Below are positions 55,221-64,000 of a stretch of DNA of 64,000 nt, piece by piece. A model generated the notes under the pieces. The model worked only from the letters and a program-made list of their open reading frames with translations, did no database searches and was not told where the DNA came from. This DNA comes from Tubiluchus corallicola (lineage: Eukaryota > Animalia > Priapulida). How positions within the stretch are numbered: position 1 is the first letter of the stretch; the number at the start of each line of letters is the position of its first letter. Both the position numbers and the translations under genes were made by a program. The stretch spans positions 369,496 to 433,495 of the forward strand of contig JAQGDQ010000061.1 in the NCBI GenBank assembly GCA_030141605.1. Direction: 5' to 3'.

Positions 55221-56695
55221 TTTCTTAACTAATTAACTGAGGTCAACAGATCACTTTAATACATTTGTATCAACTTTCAGGATTTTTTGGCATTGTTCGT
55301 TACACGTATAAGCTCGACACACTAAAGTAATAAAATAATTCCCCAACCACAACAAGTAGTTTTTCAAAGACGTGATCGAGAAAAGTTGCAACTGCTTCAC
55401 ATCAAAATGATGGATAAGGATGTGTATGATATTGGAAAGCATTTTGACGGTGACATCCTGTCAGGGGCTCTGTGATATTACGTTCAATCGGAAATCAGTA
55501 CATTTATGTACAAAATACATGCCTCTATTAACGTAGCTAGCGTCTTCTAGTCTTGTATGGACGTGTTTTCATCGTACTAACTAACATTGTGATACTAACA
55601 ATACAGTTTACTTTCATTGATTATGTTATAACTCTAATTATGTATAATAATTGCCACAGTTCTATAATCTTTCTTCAGTTTTTTATTTTACAATACAACC
55701 CGACAGTTTTTGTGACATGCGCGACATCATACACATTAATTTACACGCAGCTTTAGGTCCCTCGCAATTGACAATCAGGAATTACGTTTATATTGATAAA
55801 AATATTCAATGTAATCACGAATTGAAATCTTGTTTACATCAGGGATAAATTCATTGCGCAAGAGGTTCCGACACGTTCTATTTTGACTTCAATAAGCAAA
55901 ATTTGAAAAGTGAGGCACGTATTTTACAAGGATAAGACGCATCTGATCGTGAATCTTATCAGCTCTCGCTGACTGCTGTGACTGCTGTGTTGTATACGCT
56001 ATTTAAGTAAACAGCAGTAAGATCAATTAATAATAACTCTGATTTTTATAATTGAGGCAGATCTCGGTTGACATTTCGTTGCTATCTTGTTTATCTCCTA
56101 ATGAGTTTTCTTTAGTTTCGAAACCAGGAATTAGTCACGACAAACGCTTTACAACCGAAAATAGGCAACGCTGAAACTTTTCAGCAAATGGGTAGGTAAT
56201 TGCTGGCTTCCTTACTCGCTCGGGACCGTTTCAGTCAGAAACTTTGCTTCTTTGAGGGAGGATGTATGCCATCCAAACGTGGCTAAGATACCTGTTGGTT
56301 CAGTGACTCATCATACAGGTTTCTCCTTAATAACTAGCAATGCCACAAACATCAAAATGAAGTAGCGCCTTTCGTTGAATCATAGATTCCGGATTACAGT
56401 GTGCCAAAGTAATTACATTTGAGATAATTCTCTGATCTGATAAAGATCCAACTAACTAAATGTTGCTCAGAACAATATGCAACAAATCAATTGTAGGCAA
56501 TCGCGTTAAATCTTTATATATATTTACAATAATTCAACACGATACAATAAAAATAAAAATATCATCACTTACAGTGTATATAACTACTTCAAGTGTTTCA
56601 TTCATGTCAAAATTCAAAAAAAAAGAAAAATGGTTCGCTGAATTCTAATTAAATAAGTTTTAGTATAGTCATTTTAAATTCTGCATTGCACCAAG

Positions 56696-56968
56696 TACTG
56701 GTGCAGCTCAATGTTAGCGTGCTCGCTTACCACCCGGGAGGTCGTTGGTTCAACTCTCGGCCGAGTCATACCAAAGACTTGAAAAGTGGTACCGCTGGTT
56801 TTCCGACCAAGCACGCGGGTTTATCGAAGTAACGTGCGGGAAATTATAATCGGGACCTCCTTGGAAATAAGTATTGAGTTACCTAAGATGTTAACCTTGG
56901 GCGATGTCCTGAACGAAATTACTATTATAAGTACAATCAATGCTGAACAGCAGTCAATAAATAAATAA
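56696..56968 (+). mobile_element. tRNA-derived SINE, apparently full length
   Basis: tRNA-like head (GCAGCTCAATGTTAGCGTGCTCGCTTACCACCCGGGAGGTCGTTGGTTCAACTC), central GTCATACCAAAGACTTGAAAAGTGGTAC..AAGCACGC block and (AATA)n tail. Confidence 0.75.
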
Positions 56969-59900
56969 CTTATTTCATTTACCTTTTAACGGCATCATTT
57001 TCGTTTTATTTGATCAAAATTTGTCTTGATACCTTAGGAAAATTTGCAGCATGACTTATATAACGTCTGTGACATCGCAAAAGAGGTTTAACCGATACAC
57101 GAAAAATACTATTGTGAAAACGCACGAAGGCTGGCAGTCGACTTATTTTAACTCATAAGGTATACTGGACTCTAACTCTGCGTTAAGTAACAGTGTTCCA
57201 TGTATAAAATATAAAACAATTTATGCATGTCGTTCATGAATGATTTTCAATTTGAATTGTGCCAACAGCTACAGCCACCAGGCGAGAGACGCAAAAATGT
57301 TAATAAAAGCGAATTCTAAGAAGCTGTGAAAATTCTAATGCAATAGTGACATGCATTAGCTGATTTAGCTAGCAAAGGAGCAGCCAATGTAATTTCGTAA
57401 AATCTGCAAAAGTGTAAAAGTTGACTACGTGCTAGCATTTTCTAATTTGCTATAAATGTTTTATAGTGCTCAAATTTCTTGCTTTAGTGGCTTCTCTGGG
57501 GTTTCTCAGGCAAACCCGTCAAGCAATAGCTGACTCTTAATGACTTTCTCTCTTTCGCCATATTTCTTATGTTCTTTGTTTCGTTTCTTATTTCATATGT
57601 ATTATGCAAAATGGAGTGCATTATTAATAGTATAGCATTTTTGTAGGGGTAGGCCACACCCCAATATCTATAAGTGAGGCTGTATATTAGCCTTCAAGGG
57701 TTTTGAAAAAATAAAAGCTAGCCAATTGGATGCAGTGCTCAAAGATCGGCGATGCTAGACGGTCGCTACGGGCCAAGTGCATCAAACAAATCCACATCAA
57801 AACCAGGACTATTTGGTCTTGAATCGAAATCTTTAAATGATACGCATTCCTTAACGACACTTTTCGATGAAATTCACCCAATCACAGGCCCCAATTGTCT
57901 TGCACGCGTTACAGAGCTTTGCGTTCTTTTCCATTACAAACTTGATATTTTAGACACAATACATGTATGGGCTTGCGGAACAAATGTGTGCTATTCACTC
58001 GTGACGGTAAAGCACGATAGTCTAATCGGGGCTTGAGTTCGTTAAAATGCGATTTCGGAGGCAATCAAGAGCCCCAAACGGAAATTAGTCATTTTCAAAC
58101 ATATAGAGGTGTACTCCTCTAGCTTATAGTTCTTGGGCGCTAACTTCCTTTCTGCATAGTCACATCCCATAGTGGTTATGTTGATAAAACTGCTGGTAAC
58201 TTTAAGCTATACTGACAAAACTGCTTTCTAAAAAGTGGCGGCGCTATACATCCAACGTCGCTGTTAACAATAAAATATGATAGAAAAATTGATGAAAAAC
58301 ATTTTTAATTGAATGTAAAAAAATGCCATGACGTAAGAATAAAATATTTGCTGCCATTACAGAAATTTCCTCAGCCTCTCTGCAGACAATTTATCTATAA
58401 ATTATAAATTTATTGTTTGTTTTGCTATAAAGAACTGACCACCTAACAACGAAATTAGTCTCAAAGTGGTAATTGTAAATTTTTAAGCACATATATTAAA
58501 TTATTTCGTTTAATTACTTGATTTGTACTATTTGTAAAGTCAACAATTTCACAGATATATTTTTCTAATTATGTTTTGTTGTTCAGTGTGCCTTGGGCCT
58601 TGGGTATATTACTATGACGAAATTGTGTTGTTTGCAAATCTGTTTTGTTGTACATTCGTAAATAGCACTAATAAACTTGTCGTTGGTTCAATTACGCCAG
58701 TGTTAATGTCAAAGCGATTCTGGGCCAAATTTAATTTAAACATTAAACATCAAGACACACAGTAGTCATAAATAAGGTCAGGAGCACATCGTAAATTAAT
58801 AAATTAATAATTCACTGGGTTAAACAAAAAGTCATAAACAAATGTGGTGAAATGCAAACCCTTTCAAAGACAATGTAGCATTGCACCAATGCTAAAGAAA
58901 CTGACTGAAAGATTCGAAGTGTGTAGCAACGAGTATTCAATATTTAAGCTTACTGTCTTTCACTGAACACATCTTTGTTAAAATAAGGCGTTTTAAAATT
59001 TATAGACTCTCTTTATGCGTCGTTTTTCTGCCACAAAACGCTGTAGAACCTGCGCTGTATTATTAACATCAACTTTCACGGTGAAATGCCAAATATTTTA
59101 CCAATCATTGTAAATGCTGCCCTGACGAGAGCATATTTCTCATTCTTTGCTTGTTTGTGGCGTTATTACACAGGCCGTATGCAAACTACTGCTGTCACCT
59201 AATTACAGCTAAAATAAGGTTTGCTCGTTTACTTCAACGTTCACTACAAAAGAGTAATAGCGCTACTTAAAGTAAGTGAAACATAAAGCAATTTTTATTG
59301 CAAATTATTATCAGATTATCAGAAACATGCTAAATTGTGCAAAACTGCTATTATATAGTATTTACCTGAATGACTTTGGCTTTATTCTCCCTCACGTCGC
59401 ATGTTTTTTACTAAGTTTTAAAGGTTGACGTATAAACTTGTTAGCGAGATTTAGTACCGGAGCCAAGGTTTTCTTTTTCATCTAAAGAAAAGTCATTATT
59501 GTGAGCTTATTTTATTCTTTATTATCGGAGGTGTGTTGTATCCTAAAGCCAATTGAGTACACAAATAATTGTGTGCTATTTGAGGATTAACGATAGTTTG
59601 TGTGGGTATTGCTTATAGCGACGATTTACTGGTATATGCAAATTACTATTATTCACTTGCAACAGCGATTTTAATCTAATTATTGCTTTTTTACTCATGT
59701 ATAGTATTCTTCGTATTTGTATTGTCAAGGAAGTTAGGTACAGTGGCCTTGGTTTTGACTTAATCTGGTGCCGCAATATTCAAGTTCCTAATCTTGAGCA
59801 GTAACTCCACCTTACCTCATAGTTTTAACAAAAATTTATAATTGCTTTATCGATTTTAATTGCACTGATTATGGTGATTTACAGCACTTACTGTGTAGAC

Positions 59901-61175
59901 GCCTGCGTGTCTACTGTTTTATGAAGTTTCGAAAGTCATGACATTGATAATTTTTGAATTAGAGATTCAGTTTAGCGTTTCGTTTTCACACTACTCATAT
60001 TATCTGTGTAAACTTGTCAGACAGGAACATCAAGTTCAAATTTTTAATTTTTAAACTAAAAGTGTTCTGGTACGTGTAAGCGTAAGCGCGAAAATGGCGG
60101 ATCTAGTATAAGGCCCAGTTTGCAACACAATATTTCTTACTGCACATAGTTTAGAAGGGTTAGCGTTTTAACCTCATGGCCGCGCTTCGTTGAATTACTT
60201 GCTCTTTACATGTTATAATTCGGCGATTGAAAACCAGCTAATTTAACACGGATTTATAATTACCGCTGTTTAAATAAATTCGTGCCAGAGTGAATACCTT
60301 TTAATTTTATTGAGGCTGTGCAGAAAGCTTATTACAATTATAAAATGTAATAACGTGACCGGTGAAAAGCAATATGGGTTTGAAGTTTACAAGCCGGGAA
60401 AATTAATCCCTCAAATAAGTTCTAAGTCGTGTTAGAATGCTTTGCAGTTTGCAAAATTCCAAACTTTGATACGTCAACTGTACCCGATAATTAGATCTCT
60501 AAGGGCCAAGCTGTGACCTCTGCAGTTTATCCACAGCAATATTAAATGAATATAATATAATATAGCAATATTATAATGAATGTGACCAATTAATTTAAAT
60601 TTGAAAAAAGGAAAAACGAAGAACATTTAAATGAGATAATTTATGTTTTAAATTACGAAGTTTTCTGCAACAAGCATCCAGTAAAATTAAGTTTCTACAA
60701 ATAGCCACCACTATGCGTTCTTCCCAGGAAAGTAGTGCCTGATTTGACTAGTAAATTTCTATAATCAGCTTGCAAAAAGCTATTTCAAGTTTACTAAAGT
60801 GTGACTGTGAGGCGTAGCATACTCTCCTAAGTATCTCCAAATACTCTTATGGTTTCTCTGACCCGAAAATAAAACAATTCGAAGGAAATCCTCATATAAA
60901 AACTATTCATATCAGCAGCATGGTACAATTAGGCTGTTATGCCCGAAGTAATAAGTTTAAACAAGAATCTAATTAGAGCTCGGCGCCGCTTTTTCTCCAC
61001 AGGGTTTTCTCTGTTTTCCGTTTTATGAAATTCGACAAGCGATGTAAGGCGGATTAAGCTTGGTACAATCAAGAAATTGAAACTGAGAAACAAAATCTAA
61101 AGACGATAAAATAGCAGAAATCTTGCCTTGCGTATGGCTTATGGTCTTTAGCATTAAAATTTGCTCTCATTGTCG

Positions 61176-61261
<86 letters not shown>

Positions 61262-61270
61262 AAAGAAAGA

Positions 61271-61356
<86 letters not shown>

Positions 61357-61511
61357 GTGAGTGAGTGAGTGAGTGAGTGAGTGAGTGAGTGAGTGAGTGA
61401 GTGAGTGAGTGAGTGAGTGAGTGAGTGAGTGAGTGAGTGAGTGAGTGAGTGAGTGAGTGAGTGAGTGAGTGAGTGAGTGAGTGAGTGAGTGAGTGAGTGA
61501 GTGAGTGAGTG

Positions 61512-61592
<81 letters not shown>

Positions 61593-61741
61593 AAGTAAGC
61601 AAGTAAGCAAGTAAGTAAGCAAACAAGCAAGCAAGTAAGTAAGTAAGTAAGTAAGTAAGTCAGTCAGCCAGTCAGTCAGTCAGTTAGTCAGTCAGTCAGT
61701 CAGTCAGTCAGTCAGTCAGTCAGTCAGTCAGTCAGTCAGTC

Positions 61742-61774
<33 letters not shown>

Positions 61775-61806
61775 AAGTAAGCAAGTAAGCAAGCAAGCAA
61801 GTAAGC

Positions 61807-61853
<47 letters not shown>

Positions 61854-61900
61854 CAAGCAAGCAAGCAAGTAAGTAAGTAAGTAAGTAAGTAAGTAACTAA
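61176..61900. repeat. Long compound tetranucleotide microsatellite (AAGT/AAGC/AAAG/GA/GAGT/CAGT)
   Basis: Directly visible; source of the LLTY and SLTH repeat ORFs. Confidence 0.97.
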
Positions 61901-62027
61901 CTCAAGTAAATAAATACGTAAATAGGCAAGAGAGTAAGTGGAGAGGAAGTCAGTAAGTATCGAGTAAACAAGCAAGTCACAAAGTCACTAAGTCAATTTC
62001 GTCATAATAAAATCATATATAAATTAT

Positions 62028-62082
62028 GAGGAAGAAGGAGAAGAAGAAGAAGAAGAAGAAGAAGAAGAAGAAGAAGAAGAAA
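62028..62082. repeat. (GAA)n microsatellite
   Basis: Directly visible. Confidence 0.95.
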
Positions 62083-64000
62083 GTATACACTGCTGCCTGG
62101 AAATGTACTATTTTAGTTACTGACTTAAGAGCATGCACAGCTGATTTTCAAAATTCTGTGTATATGGAAGCTCCAAAGGCTTATTGTCAAATTATCTGCT
62201 GAACTTTTTAGGGCAAGTACCGGTAAATGAAAAGTAACTATATGTATGTTGAGCTAAGTTTACTTGGTGATAACAACATGGTGTTGCTTGATGAAGTAAA
62301 AAACGCTAAAACTTTATGCAACAAATTAATAATAATAATTAAACGTAGAATATTACATTAAAGCTATGTACGCCACGGCCATGGATGCAATTACGCTTCT
62401 GTCTCAAACAGAATTTAGATTTTGTGCTGCAACAAAGCATCATGGTCGAATTTAGCAGCAGCAAGCAAATAATCAACGATTGTTGAGGTGACAGAGTTAC
62501 TGATAACCATAACAAATTACAGTCATTGATGGAATGTACAAAATTATTATGGTTATTTTGTGGTCTGTAATGCGTGAGCTGTGAAGGTTCTTGTATTACA
62601 CAACAATGAATTAATTTGTGGCTATTCATTGATAAAAAATTTTCACGGCAGAGCTTGCTTATTATTCGGCTATTATTCATTGCCACTATTTTCTACTTAC
62701 AGATAGACAAAGCTTGCTTATATAGACACAGTAGGAACAGAATTGCAAATAGTAAGCAACAAAGCAATAATGACATTTTTTCTTTTATAGCAGCTATGTT
62801 AATTGGTTATAATGACACAACAAAGATAAAGGCAACGGAAACGAACCTCTAAGGGAAACGATAACGGTGAAAGTCAGACTAACAACAACAACAATAAATG
62901 AAAAAGCGATTAATAACACGCATACTTCAATTATATAACCATTTTGTGTAAGTAATCTGTGTACACGTGTTGTAAGTAAATCGTTTTCACTCAAAACATG
63001 ATTAATTTTATTCTTTAGAGTGCTTTTGTTTGATGTAATTTATTCAAATATAAGTTTAAGCCCATTTGTCAATGTGACAAACAAGCTTTTCTAATAACAG
63101 TACTAATTAGCTTTGTATTTCTAAACTATTAGATTTTCGTGCAAACTGGAGAAATTTTCAAGCCCAGATAGTCAAGTCAATATTTATTCTCCTTAGCAGA
63201 TGACACACTTCAGACCATATTTCTCGAGGCATTGTTTGTAACTTTCACTTAAAATGCAATGTTTCTATTATTTCCTCTGTTTTCTTTACTCGTCGGAATT
63301 CTCCACTTTTGTGTCTTGGACTTAACCGCCTAATTCTCAGATTTACTCTCTTTCTCTGTAGCGTGTTGACAGAAGTCTGTCTGGGTATCTTACGTCAGTT
63401 TACCTATATTTAATGTTTACCTGCTGTTGAAACGAAGAGTCTTGTAGACTTACCATAGTCGAGGGAGGAACATTTAAATCAAGTGTAACGGCGGTTACAA
63501 TTGCTCAGCAGAGAAAGTGGAGCAGTAGCGTAGGAGAATGTGAATGTTGTTGGCAGAGTGATGAGGAAATGTGTTTGATTACATAAATGATTCAACAAAG
63601 GTAGGAACATTTATGATTAGAGGCGACATTTATTGAATTTAGTGAAACTTTCTCTTTTTTGACAGATTTAATTTTGATTTGATGTGAAAAAAGAATTATT
63701 GTTCAGTTTAGAAAGTGAACTTTATAAAAAAGCAAGTTAAAATTGACGACATCTTCTTGGAACAAATTATGAAATTCATTCGGCTACAGAAGCGTTGCAG
63801 TTATCGTGTGTTCTTCTCTTTCCGTTTCCGTGTCGAATTTTCTTCATTTTGACTTCTCCTTTTCCCCTTTCCCTTTTTACTCACAAATAGATTTAACATG
63901 TTATAAATGACAGAAAAAAATACAAAAATTTTTTTCGTTACTTTTCAGCCGATTACGAAATTACGGTGGCCTATGTAATTCGTGCAGAATTAGTGCAAAA

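Noticed and set aside
57000-64000. Short ORFs in the distal region, including LLTY/SLTH repeats
   Set aside because: No recognisable domains or chainable exons; the repeat ORFs derive from the tetranucleotide array.

Overview
AT-rich, intron-containing animal (probably invertebrate) genomic DNA, not prokaryotic; most short ORFs in the track are microsatellite or antisense artefacts. I rebuilt five protein-coding genes by hand from GT-AG sites and reading phase. (1) A two-exon secreted Tyr/Gly/His-rich 99-aa protein (182-1182, +). (2) An intronless 2712-aa polycystin-1-like (PKD1L/PKDREJ-type) receptor (3082-11220, -) with an N-terminal WSC domain and an unusual extracellular insert of a 32-Cys ladder plus a second PLAT domain just before the GPS. 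(3, 4) Two tandem six-exon paralogues encoding signal peptide + PAN/Apple + mucin linker + fibrinogen C-terminal domain (17228-21848 and 28617-32789, +). (5) An 18-exon type I membrane protein (33673-55220, -): SUEL lectin + CUB + 4 WSC + stalk + TM + tail with an ITAM-like YxxV-x7-YxxI motif, possibly with a soluble isoform. The locus shows duplication and decay: two PKD1L pseudogene fragments of different ages, an inverted copy and direct repeats, several with junctions at (GA)n tracts. SINE, LINE and MITE remnants and many microsatellites are also present. I could support no gene in 55.3-64 kb. Domain calls are by motif recognition only; no database search was run.
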